Origin: Flavobacteriaceae bacterium
GTDB lineage: Bacteria; Bacteroidota; Bacteroidia; Flavobacteriales; Flavobacteriaceae
Length of the DNA: 64,000 bases
Direction: 5' to 3'
Assembly (NCBI GenBank): GCA_965655865.1
Contig: CBFHJJ010000001.1
Coordinates: 20,326-84,325 of the forward strand
In this document: one piece after another, positions 1-8,791 of the stretch
Layout: every line of letters begins with the position of its first letter
How positions within the stretch are numbered: position 1 is the first letter of the stretch
Position numbers and translations under genes: made by a program
The notes under the pieces: model-generated
What the model saw: only the letters and a program-made list of their open reading frames with translations
What the model was told of the DNA's origin: nothing
Databases searched by the model: none

Positions 1-1598
1 CCACCACCAAATTCTGAAACTTTCTTCGCACCTATATTAGAAGTCATAATGATTAGTGTATTGGTAAAATTAATTTTTCTACCAAATGAATCAGTTAAAT
101 GTCCTTCATCTAATATTTGTAATAGTAAATTGAAGACATCTTTGTGTCCTTTCTCAATTTCATCAAATAAAACAACCGAAAATGGGTTATTTTTAATTTT
201 TTCAGTAAGTTGACCACCTTCATCAAAACCGACATAACCAGGAGGTGAACCAATAAGTTTAGAAACGTTGTGTTTCTCCATAAACTCACTCATGTCTACC
301 CTTACAATTTTATCAGGATCACCAAATAATGTTTTTGCTAATGTTTTAGCTAAATGAGTTTTACCAACACCTGTTGACCCCAAAAACATAAATGAACCAA
401 TTGGTTTATTTGCACCTCTCACACCAACACGGTTTCGTCTGATTGATTTGGAGATTATTTCAACCGCATTATCTTGACCTATAACATTTTTGGATATTGT
501 TTTTTCTAACGATAAAAGATTTTTAGTTTCTTTTGTGTCAAGTTTGGTTATTGGGACACCAGTCATTTCAGTTATAATGTTATACACATCATCAACAATA
601 ACGGGTCTCTTATTCAGTTTTTGTTCAACACTCCACTTCTTTTTTTCCGATTCTAATTTCTTGATAATCTTCTTTTCATTATCTCTTAGTTCTGCCGCCT
701 TTTCATAATCCTGATTTCGAACCATCTCTTGTTTATCTAACTTTATTTGGTCAGACTGGTTTCTAAGTTTTTCAATGATTGCAGGAATCTTAACATTAAT
801 CTTTTTCTCAGAACCTAATTCATCAAGTATATCAATCGCTTTGTCGGGAAACTGTTTATCGGTAACATATCTTTTAGATAAATTAACAATGGTTTCCACA
901 ACATTATCTTTATATTCAACCATATGATAATCTTCATATGAGTCTTTTAGGTTTTTTAGTATGTCGATTGTTTCTTCGGTGGTAGGTTCAGTTAAGATTA
1001 TTTTTTGAAATCGTCTAACTAACGCACTATCTTTTTCAATATTCTTTTTATATTCATCAAACGTAGTTGCACCAATACATTGAATTTCACCCCTTGCCAA
1101 TGCAGGTTTAAGTATATTGGCTGCGTCCATTGATCCTGACGCATTTCCTGCACCGACCATAGTATGTATTTCATCTATGAATACAATTACATTTGGTGCA
1201 TCTTGTAATTCATTTAAAATTGCCTTAATTCTTTCTTCAAATTGACCACGGTATTTTGTTCCCGCAACTAAAGATGTTAAATCGAGGGACATTATACGTT
1301 TATCCAAAAGGTTAGTTGGACATGAACCATCACTGATCATAATTGCAAGTTTTTCAACTAACGCAGATTTACCAACACCAGCATCACCAACAATAATTGT
1401 ATTGTTCTTCTTTTTTCTTGAAAGTATTTGTGCAATACGTTTTACTTCCTTATCTCGACCAATTATCGGATCAATTAACCCTTGTTCCGCAAGTTTAATT
1501 AAATCTCTTGAGAAATTATCTAAGATTGGCGTCGTACTTCCTTTCTTTCCTTTACGTTGTTGTTGAGGTGTTCCCTCTTCAAAAAATTCTACAGACAT
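1..1598 (-). CDS. ClpC/ClpA-class double AAA+ unfoldase. N-terminus complete, C-terminus runs off the window; no Clp_N domain
   Basis: Own translation from ATG (rc of 1596-1598): [52 protein letters not shown]... D1 Walker A GDAGVGKS and Walker B VFIDEIH. UVR-like middle motif [16 protein letters not shown]2 Walker A GSTGVGKT and Walker [12 protein letters not shown]. In-frame stop two codons upstream of the ATG. Absent from the ORF track because there is no stop in the window. Confidence 0.85.
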   Translation of the reverse strand, partial: MSVEFFEEGTPQQQRKGKKGSTTPILDNFSRDLIKLAEQGLIDPIIGRDKEVKRIAQILSRKKKNNTIIVGDAGVGKSALVEKLAIMISDGSCPTNLLDKRIMSLDLTSLVAGTKYRGQFEERIKAILNELQDAPNVIVFIDEIHTMVGAGNASGSMDAANILKPALARGEIQCIGATTFDEYKKNIEKDSALVRRFQKIILTEPTTEETIDILKNLKDSYEDYHMVEYKDNVVETIVNLSKRYVTDKQFPDKAIDILDELGSEKKINVKIPAIIEKLRNQSDQIKLDKQEMVRNQDYEKAAELRDNEKKIIKKLESEKKKWSVEQKLNKRPVIVDDVYNIITEMTGVPITKLDTKETKNLLSLEKTISKNVIGQDNAVEIISKSIRRNRVGVRGANKPIGSFMFLGSTGVGKTHLAKTLAKTLFGDPDKIVRVDMSEFMEKHNVSKLIGSPPGYVGFDEGGQLTEKIKNNPFSVVLFDEIEKGHKDVFNLLLQILDEGHLTDSFGRKINFTNTLIIMTSNIGAKKVSEFGG

Positions 1599-1644
1599 AT
1601 ATTATAAGGTTTTAATTAAAGATAACAAAAATCGTAGTAAAAGT

Positions 1645-1652
1645 CAAATATA
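1645..1652 (-). promoter_or_regulatory. TATATTTG box (matches Bacteroidota -7 consensus TAnnTTTG), about 45 nt upstream of the clpC-like start
   Basis: Plus strand reads caaatata. The identical octamer lies upstream of polB (40131) and ORF 44188 (44160). Confidence 0.4.
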
Positions 1653-1770
1653 TTTTAAAAAGACATTAAGTCATGTATTTTTTGTGATATAACGACAAAA
1701 TGTCTTGTATAATGGGTTGGTACTCATATTGTAATAGGTATATTGATAATAAAATAAAAAAAATAAATTT

Positions 1771-2142
1771 ATGTTAGTATTTAAAAATGAACCATTCTTT
1801 AAGATGGTAGATTCTCTCTTTGACATCGCAGAGGAGAATGAAACACACGGTCAAGTTATTTGGAATCAATCTTATGATGATAAACAACATTTAGTTGAGT
1901 TTATAGTACCTGGTTTAAGTAAATCAGATATAACTGTGGTTGTAGAAGAAAATCAATTAAAAATTTCACATGAAAAAACAGAGGAAACATCAAAGTATGT
2001 TAATTCCTTCGGAAGAGTTTTTGATTTACCTGAGAACGTAGATGATAAGAAAATAACCGCTAAGGTTGAGGATGGTATTTTACGAGTAGTTATACCAAAA
2101 ACCAAAAAGAAGAAGTCCCAAAGAACAATTTCAGTTAATTAA
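1771..2142 (+). CDS. hsp20: Small heat-shock protein, Hsp20/alpha-crystallin family
   Basis: Alpha-crystallin domain pattern: FIVPGLSKSDITVVVEENQLKISHEK ... FGRVFDLPENVDDKKITAKVEDGILRVVIPK. Confidence 0.85.
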   Translation: MLVFKNEPFFKMVDSLFDIAEENETHGQVIWNQSYDDKQHLVEFIVPGLSKSDITVVVEENQLKISHEKTEETSKYVNSFGRVFDLPENVDDKKITAKVEDGILRVVIPKTKKKKSQRTISVN

Positions 2143-2145
2143 GAT

Positions 2146-2172
2146 AACCCCCGTAAGGGGGTTTATCATTTC
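2146..2172 (+). terminator. Rho-independent terminator after hsp20
   Basis: aaccccc-gtaa-gggggtt hairpin followed by a T-rich tail. Confidence 0.7.
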
Positions 2173-2175
2173 TTA

Positions 2176-2188
2176 GATATTTATAATA
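2176..2188 (+). promoter_or_regulatory. Partial copy (13/15) of the late-gene motif GATATTTATAATAAA
   Basis: gatatttataata, 60 nt upstream of ATG 2251. Confidence 0.35.
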
Positions 2189-2250
2189 TACATCAGACTG
2201 ACTTGATTAAATCGTGATAAATTGTTATATTAATTTAAAACACAAATATT

Positions 2251-2493
2251 ATGGCAATATTATCAGAAAAAATCAACGGTAAAGAGATTCTAATTGAAAT
2301 TGATTCATCTAACCTAAAGTCTGCATCTTACAATACGGAAGATGAAACATTATCTGTCACTTTTAAAAGTGGTGGTAGTTATGAGTATTATAAAGTCCCG
2401 TGGGATGCGTTTACTAAACTGAGACTCGCAGAATCACAGGGTAGGTTTTTCAATTTAAATATTGCAAAGACTTATGAGTTTAAGAAATTATAA
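2251..2493 (+). CDS. KTSC-domain protein
   Basis: 80 aa. SASYNTEDETLSVTFKSGGSYEYYKVPWDAFTKLRLAESQGRFFNLNI matches the KTSC pattern (Y..L.V.F..G..Y.Y..VP......A.S.G.YFN..I). Stop overlaps the next start (ATAATG). Confidence 0.6.
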   Translation: MAILSEKINGKEILIEIDSSNLKSASYNTEDETLSVTFKSGGSYEYYKVPWDAFTKLRLAESQGRFFNLNIAKTYEFKKL

Positions 2494-3260
2494 TGAAAAA
2501 CATTCAATTAGTTGATGAGTTAATCGAAGAGATTGGTAACAATCAAGAAATAGTTAAATCATTTGAAATAAGAAATGCACTATCCACCGACATATTCGGT
2601 GAAAAAGATGGTGAATTTTTTATGCTTGATGAGATTAGAAAAAGGTTAATGGTTGTCACGGAAGAATTTATGAATTTTATTGATATAGAGTTCTTTATTC
2701 ATGACATTATTTTAACAGGTTCGTTAGCTAACTACAATTGGTCTAAATTCTCAGATGTTGATTTACATATTCTTATTGATTATAACGAAACTGAATACAA
2801 CCTCGACTTATTAAAAAACTTTTTTGACAGTAAAAGAAGTTTATGGAATAAACAACATGAGATATTAATAAAAGGGTTTGATTGTGAAATATATGTTCAA
2901 GACGTTAATGAAAAACATTTAGCCTCAGGTATCTATTCCGTGTTAAATAATGAATGGGTGGTTACACCTGAACGTACTATCCAATCAATCGATAAAGATC
3001 TTATCATTAAAAAGTCAGAGGTTTTTGAAGATTTAATTGATAATATTAAATTGTCTTTTGATAAGGGAGATGATGTTTCAGATGACATTTCTAAGGTTAA
3101 AAAGAAATTAAAATCATTTAGACAGTGTGGTTTGGATAAGGGTGGTGAATACTCGTACGAGAATTTGGCGTTCAAACTTTTAAGGAGAAATGGTTACATA
3201 GGTGAGTTGTTGGGGATCCAAACTAAACTAACTGATAAGAAATTATCCATAGAACAATAG
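2493..3260 (+). CDS. Pol-beta-superfamily nucleotidyltransferase-fold protein
   Basis: hG[GS]x9-13Dh[DE]h signature GSLANYNWSKFSDVDLHILI. Candidate third acidic residue in CEIYVQDV. Helical C-terminal half. Confidence 0.6.
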   Translation: MKNIQLVDELIEEIGNNQEIVKSFEIRNALSTDIFGEKDGEFFMLDEIRKRLMVVTEEFMNFIDIEFFIHDIILTGSLANYNWSKFSDVDLHILIDYNETEYNLDLLKNFFDSKRSLWNKQHEILIKGFDCEIYVQDVNEKHLASGIYSVLNNEWVVTPERTIQSIDKDLIIKKSEVFEDLIDNIKLSFDKGDDVSDDISKVKKKLKSFRQCGLDKGGEYSYENLAFKLLRRNGYIGELLGIQTKLTDKKLSIEQ

Positions 3261-3285
3261 AAAACTAAATATTTTTCCTGTTATT

Positions 3286-3301
3286 GTTGTATTTATAGTA
3301 A
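3286..3301 (+). promoter_or_regulatory. 16-mer GTTGTATTTATAGTAA, putative phage promoter
   Basis: Identical 16-mer at 12158-12173. Lies 29 nt upstream of ATG 3331. Confidence 0.45.
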
Positions 3302-3330
3302 AAGAATAAGTTAAAATCAAATATATTAAT

Positions 3331-4398
3331 ATGTCAAAACTTAGACCATTAGGTAGTGAGAAGTTACCTGTAGATGAAAAATTAAAAAGGATTATGGAAA
3401 TTGCCAACTATGGTAGAACTCCTAAATCCACAATTAACGAGAATAGTACAAAGAAGAATGTAGAATTCATTATGGAATCTACTAACGGAACTTATGGTAT
3501 TGTTCGAGAAGGATCTTCGTACTATGTACAAAAAGGTATTAACGAATCTTCCCTCGATTATATCGGTGGAATGTTTATGAAAGACAAAAATAAGTTTTCA
3601 TCTTATTCGTCAGCATTAAAAAGATTAGAACTCATAAGTGGTCAAGAAACACTTAGTGAGGCCAAAAAGTACGTATTAAAATCTAAAGGTGGAGAATCAT
3701 CAACACCTGTTGAAGATATCCCTGCAGAACCAGTTGCTGCTGAACCAGCGTTAGATGCACCGATTGACGATGTACCTGTTGAGGGTCCTGAATTGGAACC
3801 TGTTGATGGTGAAGAACCAATTGAAGATTTACCATCTGATGATTTAGAAGGTGATGAAGAAGAGGGTAAGAAATCTGACTATATGGCTGATGTACAAAAA
3901 TTCTCAGGTAAATTAGGTCAAGAGTTAAGAGATGTTAAATCAAAAATGGAGAGTGACGACATTAAATATGTTATTAATATGGTTCTTTCAGCTGTTGATT
4001 TAGATGTTTTAGATGAAGAAGATAGAGAGGATATTGTTGAGAAATTTGAAACAAAAGAAGATGAAGATTTCGTTGATGGTTTTGATGAAGAAGGAGAACC
4101 AATAGACGATGAATCAGGTGATGATGAATTAGGTGATGAAATTGAAGATGATGACATTCCTACAGATACAGAACTTGATGAGGTTATGGATAAACTTGAA
4201 AGTTTTATCGATACAGACTCAATTGTTGATGAAGATGAGATAGAAGAGGGTGGTGATATTGATATCACTCAATTTAATGATCTTGGAATGGCAGAAACAG
4301 TTTCTGAAGAAGGTGAAGAGTTTGAACTTGACTTAGAAGAACTTAAAGGTGAGATCAATAAACACGTTGATGACACTTTGAGTAAATACTTTAAGTAA
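3331..4398 (+). CDS. Hypothetical protein with a very acidic C-terminal half
   Basis: Long ORF; D/E-rich low-complexity region; no recognisable domain. Confidence 0.6.
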   Translation: MSKLRPLGSEKLPVDEKLKRIMEIANYGRTPKSTINENSTKKNVEFIMESTNGTYGIVREGSSYYVQKGINESSLDYIGGMFMKDKNKFSSYSSALKRLELISGQETLSEAKKYVLKSKGGESSTPVEDIPAEPVAAEPALDAPIDDVPVEGPELEPVDGEEPIEDLPSDDLEGDEEEGKKSDYMADVQKFSGKLGQELRDVKSKMESDDIKYVINMVLSAVDLDVLDEEDREDIVEKFETKEDEDFVDGFDEEGEPIDDESGDDELGDEIEDDDIPTDTELDEVMDKLESFIDTDSIVDEDEIEEGGDIDITQFNDLGMAETVSEEGEEFELDLEELKGEINKHVDDTLSKYFK

Positions 4399-4401
4399 GA
4401 A

Positions 4402-4806
4402 ATGAGATTAATCTATGTCAATGAGATTGGGTCAGACTATAAAGGTCAGAAACAATACGAATTTATATTCAGTAGTCAAAAAGAATTTGACATAGAAGAG
4501 TGGTACCACGTACCAGCATCAACATATCCCGAATCACTTTCACCCGATTTAGAATACGTAGATTTTGTTGGAGTGTTGAAGAACACCGACATTAATCTCG
4601 ACCTTATACAAAAATCCGATTACTTTGGTATTATAGATGCCGTAGATGGGGTTGTTGCATTAGGATGGGAAAAATTTGATTATGAAGGTGAATTTGAACG
4701 TCTTACATTTTCTTTTGGTGAGAAATATGAAAAGGTAACCGAAAAGTTAGATGGTCGAGGATATAAACTTATAAACGAAGATTTAAAATTTAAAATGGGG
4801 ATATGA
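4402..4806 (+). CDS. Hypothetical protein
   Basis: ORF packed tightly after the previous gene; overlaps the next start. Confidence 0.55.
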   Translation: MRLIYVNEIGSDYKGQKQYEFIFSSQKEFDIEEWYHVPASTYPESLSPDLEYVDFVGVLKNTDINLDLIQKSDYFGIIDAVDGVVALGWEKFDYEGEFERLTFSFGEKYEKVTEKLDGRGYKLINEDLKFKMGI

Positions 4807-5585
4807 AAAGACCAGAATTAGTAAAAAAACTTATGAATGAAGGTTTAAGTGGGAAACTACTTTCAAATCTAACAGATAAACAACTAAAGGACTTATCTGA
4901 GAGAGTTTTATCCGAAGAAACACTCAACATACCTAAAGACGATAATGCGTCAATAGAACAAGCTAAAAAAAGTGGTGATAAATTTGTCACGTATGAAGAA
5001 GAGAGTGAAGAATCTTCTACAGTTAATTTAGATGAGTTGGTTAAGAAAATTGCACTGTCTGGTAAATATTCTGACATTGTTGATGAAATGACTCCTGACG
5101 ATTATAGTGATGAGTTTGAATTCGGGGATAACTTTATATCTAAATTATTAGATGATTATGTTGACCACAAACAGTATGACGATTTATACACTCTTTTTAA
5201 AGATGAATATGGTGATATCATATTAGATATGTTTAGAAGTGGAAGAGGTTCTAACATTCAAGAATGGGTAGAAGGAATCGTAAAAGATAATTATCACACC
5301 GAAGTAACCACAAAGAAAGAAATGTACGAAATGATAGGTGCATTATCTGATAGTGCAGATGCTTTAGGTGACGCTAACAGAATGTTTGATGTAGATGAAC
5401 AATCACCTCAACCATCAGAACCTGATACTGACACACCTGTAAGAGAAAAACCAACCACAAAACCAGGTAAACCAAAAAGAGAAAATCCTTTTGAACCAAA
5501 ACATAAACCAAAACCTAAAGCGGTATTACCAAAACAACTTAGTTTTTCATCGTTAGGTATTGAACTTAAACAAGCGGCGGAATGA
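4803..5585 (+). CDS. Hypothetical protein, acidic with a basic Pro/Lys-rich tail
   Basis: ATGA-type overlaps on both sides. Tail reads PGKPKRENPFEPKHKPKPK. Confidence 0.55.
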   Translation: MKRPELVKKLMNEGLSGKLLSNLTDKQLKDLSERVLSEETLNIPKDDNASIEQAKKSGDKFVTYEEESEESSTVNLDELVKKIALSGKYSDIVDEMTPDDYSDEFEFGDNFISKLLDDYVDHKQYDDLYTLFKDEYGDIILDMFRSGRGSNIQEWVEGIVKDNYHTEVTTKKEMYEMIGALSDSADALGDANRMFDVDEQSPQPSEPDTDTPVREKPTTKPGKPKRENPFEPKHKPKPKAVLPKQLSFSSLGIELKQAAE

Positions 5586-6901
5586 TCAATAAGAAATCAC
5601 TTTTAGAAACAATCAAAAACATTAAAGAGATGCCGATGGATTATGGTGATAACCCTGAAAGAATAGAGCCAGGTCTTGAAGATAAACTCGCGACACAGGA
5701 TACACCTTTTAAAGATAATCCAGCATTTCCACAAGACGCACCTGATGGATTACCATCCAATTGGGAAGAATTAATTGCATCAAAGAGATTTAAGGATGTT
5801 GTTGAAAAAGTAAAACGATACACGGGTGTAGAAACTAATGTTACGGATCAAGGTACATTCATGTCTCTTGTAGGTACTATGCAACAAATGTTAAATAGTG
5901 TTTTACAATTTGAATCAAATAACAAAGAATACTTAGAAACTTTAGCGGTTCAGTTAGTTAAAAGAGAAATGTCAATACCTGAAGGGTCATTACAATTTGA
6001 TGCCAAGTTAGTTGGTATTGGTGAAATTAGTGCAGATGGTTTCCAACAACAAGGTCAAGAACCAAGTGAAGAGGAAGTAGAACAACAATTTGGTGTTGAG
6101 TCTGATGAAGCAGAAGACGATGTAGAAGACTTTATTGATGCGTTTGAACAGTTTGATCAAGAAACGGCTAAGAGAAGATTTATAAATGCACTAATACAGG
6201 GTTCTTCTAAAAAAGGACATTATATGTTTGAATTAGTTGCAACAGAATTAGAAGAGAAAGACCCTAACATATTAACACAATACGGAACATTAATGTCAGT
6301 AAATGACCTTATGTATTGGATATTACCTGACGGTGTATTAGAACAAGGAATGCAAGGTGGTAGTTTTGCAGGTAAAGAAGAAGTTGACACTGAAACTGAT
6401 CCACCAACAATTAAAGCAACTGCAGTATTCTTTCCCGCATTGATTCACGAACTAATTAAAGGTGTTATGGAAGTTATGGGAACTAAAGGGTTACCAGACG
6501 ATCCTCGTTCGGCTGAAATGGTTATGAATTCAACAGACACATTACCATCGGAGATATGGGATTTAAGATTAGGTCCTATTATTTGGGAGAAATTTAGAGA
6601 ATCATATCCTCAAAAAATAATGAGTGATGAATTAAAACATATCCAAAATTATTTATTCTCAAGATTCTCATCTTTAGACAATGATGAATTTTTTAAAGTT
6701 TCAAGAGAAATACTGAAAGGAAGTACCTTAGGTAAAGAAATTATAAGTAATATGGTAGATCAGATTATTCAGGATTTACAGAGTGAAGATTACGAAGAGG
6801 ACCAATACAATAGAGAATATGGAGACGATGACGATGATGATGGTCTTGGAGGATTCTTAGGGTCATTAGGGATTACATTTTCTCCTGAAGACGATAATTA
6901 A
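5582..6901 (+). CDS. Hypothetical protein (439 aa), immediately upstream of the terminase
   Basis: Long ORF; no domain recognised. Confidence 0.6.
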   Translation: MINKKSLLETIKNIKEMPMDYGDNPERIEPGLEDKLATQDTPFKDNPAFPQDAPDGLPSNWEELIASKRFKDVVEKVKRYTGVETNVTDQGTFMSLVGTMQQMLNSVLQFESNNKEYLETLAVQLVKREMSIPEGSLQFDAKLVGIGEISADGFQQQGQEPSEEEVEQQFGVESDEAEDDVEDFIDAFEQFDQETAKRRFINALIQGSSKKGHYMFELVATELEEKDPNILTQYGTLMSVNDLMYWILPDGVLEQGMQGGSFAGKEEVDTETDPPTIKATAVFFPALIHELIKGVMEVMGTKGLPDDPRSAEMVMNSTDTLPSEIWDLRLGPIIWEKFRESYPQKIMSDELKHIQNYLFSRFSSLDNDEFFKVSREILKGSTLGKEIISNMVDQIIQDLQSEDYEEDQYNREYGDDDDDDGLGGFLGSLGITFSPEDDN

Positions 6902-6920
6902 ATAACACAAATTATAAGAA

Positions 6921-6944
6921 AGTGGTCAATAGACCACTTTTTTT
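6921..6944 (+). terminator. Rho-independent terminator
   Basis: agtggtc-aata-gaccact followed by a T run. It sits inside the GTG-initiated 5' extension of the tracked terminase ORF. Confidence 0.7.
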
Positions 6945-6957
6945 GTATTTATTGGAT

Positions 6958-8739
6958 ATGGATAAACATAAACTCATACAACTTAAAGAAATGGCTAAGA
7001 TCATGAAGGACACTCCTTATGCTCTTAAAACATATTTACAGACATTTGACAATACTCAAAAGAAGTATGTACCATTAGAGTTATTCCCCGATCAAGTTGA
7101 ACTTATATATGATTACGATAATTATAACGAAAACATTACTCGTAAGTACAGACAGGCGGGTGTATCTACAGTAACCGCAGCATGGTTATCTAAAAGAATA
7201 CAGACCGCAAAACCAACTAATCCAGAAAGGATTCTGATTATTGCCAACAAACGTGATACCGCGATTGAGATGGCAAATAAGGTTCGTGGTTTTTTAGATC
7301 AATGGCCCGAATGGATGAATGTTGGGTTTTCACCTGACAAAAACTCAGAGAGTCGTTTTAGAATGAATAACGGATGTGAAGTTAAAGCGGTTGCAACCTC
7401 GGCGGATGCACTTCGTGGATACACACCTACCGTGTTGGTATTTGATGAAGCCGCGTATATTGATGCTGGTGAAGATTTTTGGGGTGCTTGTATGGCATCG
7501 TTATCTACGGGTGGTAAGGTTATACTTATTTCAACACCTAACGGTTATGACCCAATATATTATGGGGTGTATGACCAAGCACTAAGAAAAATGAATGATT
7601 TTAAAATTACCGATTTAAGGTGGTTTAAAGATCCTCGTTATGCTGGTGACCTTAAATGGATAAAGGTGGACGATATCATACATTACATGTTAAATAGAGA
7701 ACAATATGTTGATGAAGATATTACACTTAATGAGGGTTGGGAACGATATGAAGAATTACATGAATTAGGATATAAACCCTATTCTCATTGGTTTGAGAAT
7801 ATGGCAAAGAAATTTAAGTACGATAAAAGAAAAATTGCTCAAGAATTAGAATGTGACTTCTTAGGATCTGGTGATGGTGTTATATCTAATACCATACAAG
7901 AAAAAATAAGAAAGACGATGATTATTGACCCAATTGAAAAATACATGCAAGCGACGTTGTGGGTTTGGAAAGAACCTGTAATGGGACATCGTTATATTAT
8001 GGGTGTAGACGTTTCTCGTGGAGATAGTGCAGATGCATCTTCAATATGTATTATAGATTTTGATGAGGGTGAACAGGTGTTAGAATATGTTGGAATGATT
8101 CCACCAGATGATTTAGCATCAATCGTTTATAAATGGGGGACACTTTATAATGCGTTTGTTGCAACTGATATCACAGGTGGTATGGGTATTGCGACATCAC
8201 GTAAATTACAAGAATTAGGTTATAAAGATCAATATATTGACGGGGTTAACTCACAAAACAAATGGGAATATAACAAACGTGCACAGGAAAAAATACCTGG
8301 TATTAGTTTTAATAATAAGAGAACACAAATTGTTGCAAGTTTTGAAGAAAATCTGAGACATGGTTTTAAAGTGAGGTCGTCTCGTCTATTAAATGAATTA
8401 AACACATTTGTTTATATTAATGGTCGACCTGACCATATGAAAGGTTCACATGATGATGCTATTATGGCAATGTCAATCGCAATGTATGTGGGGGATATTT
8501 GTTTTACACAGTTAAAACGTAATGATAATGCAAACAAAGCGATGTTAGATTCGTGGGTATTAAGTGAAAGAACATATGAGACTAAAAAATCTTTTTATTC
8601 TTATGGTACCGCATTTGACGCAATTGGGTCGATGAGTACTGATCCATCACCATACCCAATAGGGAAGAAAGATGCAAGTAAGGAACAGTATATGGAACAT
8701 AATTGGTTATTTGGTAAAAACACATATAAACAGAGATAA
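6958..8739 (+). CDS. terL: Terminase large subunit (T4 gp17-like)
   Basis: Walker A-like RQAGVST, Walker B LVFDEAAYI, coupling motif ISTPNG, nuclease-domain GVDVSRGDSADAS. Start moved to ATG 6958, downstream of the terminator. Confidence 0.9.
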   Translation: MDKHKLIQLKEMAKIMKDTPYALKTYLQTFDNTQKKYVPLELFPDQVELIYDYDNYNENITRKYRQAGVSTVTAAWLSKRIQTAKPTNPERILIIANKRDTAIEMANKVRGFLDQWPEWMNVGFSPDKNSESRFRMNNGCEVKAVATSADALRGYTPTVLVFDEAAYIDAGEDFWGACMASLSTGGKVILISTPNGYDPIYYGVYDQALRKMNDFKITDLRWFKDPRYAGDLKWIKVDDIIHYMLNREQYVDEDITLNEGWERYEELHELGYKPYSHWFENMAKKFKYDKRKIAQELECDFLGSGDGVISNTIQEKIRKTMIIDPIEKYMQATLWVWKEPVMGHRYIMGVDVSRGDSADASSICIIDFDEGEQVLEYVGMIPPDDLASIVYKWGTLYNAFVATDITGGMGIATSRKLQELGYKDQYIDGVNSQNKWEYNKRAQEKIPGISFNNKRTQIVASFEENLRHGFKVRSSRLLNELNTFVYINGRPDHMKGSHDDAIMAMSIAMYVGDICFTQLKRNDNANKAMLDSWVLSERTYETKKSFYSYGTAFDAIGSMSTDPSPYPIGKKDASKEQYMEHNWLFGKNTYKQR

Positions 8740-8791
8740 CTTTATTTACTCATTTATTTTCCTTATATTATAAAGTATAATATTTATTAAT

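Noticed and set aside
490-708. 72-aa plus-strand ORF at the left end.
   Set aside because: It lies entirely antisense to the well-supported ClpC-like gene and has a low-complexity hydrophobic sequence.
1660-1706. 8-bp inverted repeat AAGACATT...AATGTCTT and a TATAAT hexamer in the clpC-hsp20 divergent region, as a possible heat-shock operator.
   Set aside because: One perfect 8-bp inverted repeat within about 170 bp of AT-rich DNA is roughly what chance predicts. There is no similarity to CIRCE or other known operators.
6922-6957. Non-ATG 5' extensions of tracked ORFs: 6922 GTG, 16017 TTG, 52528 TTG, 35470 TTG, 29865 TTG, and the ATG-initiated extensions at 46911 and 47319.
   Set aside because: Several extensions run through clear terminator hairpins or promoter-like motifs and encode hydrophobic nonsense. 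Internal ATGs give N-termini that match the family (for example MNWTDYF for dCMP deaminase).
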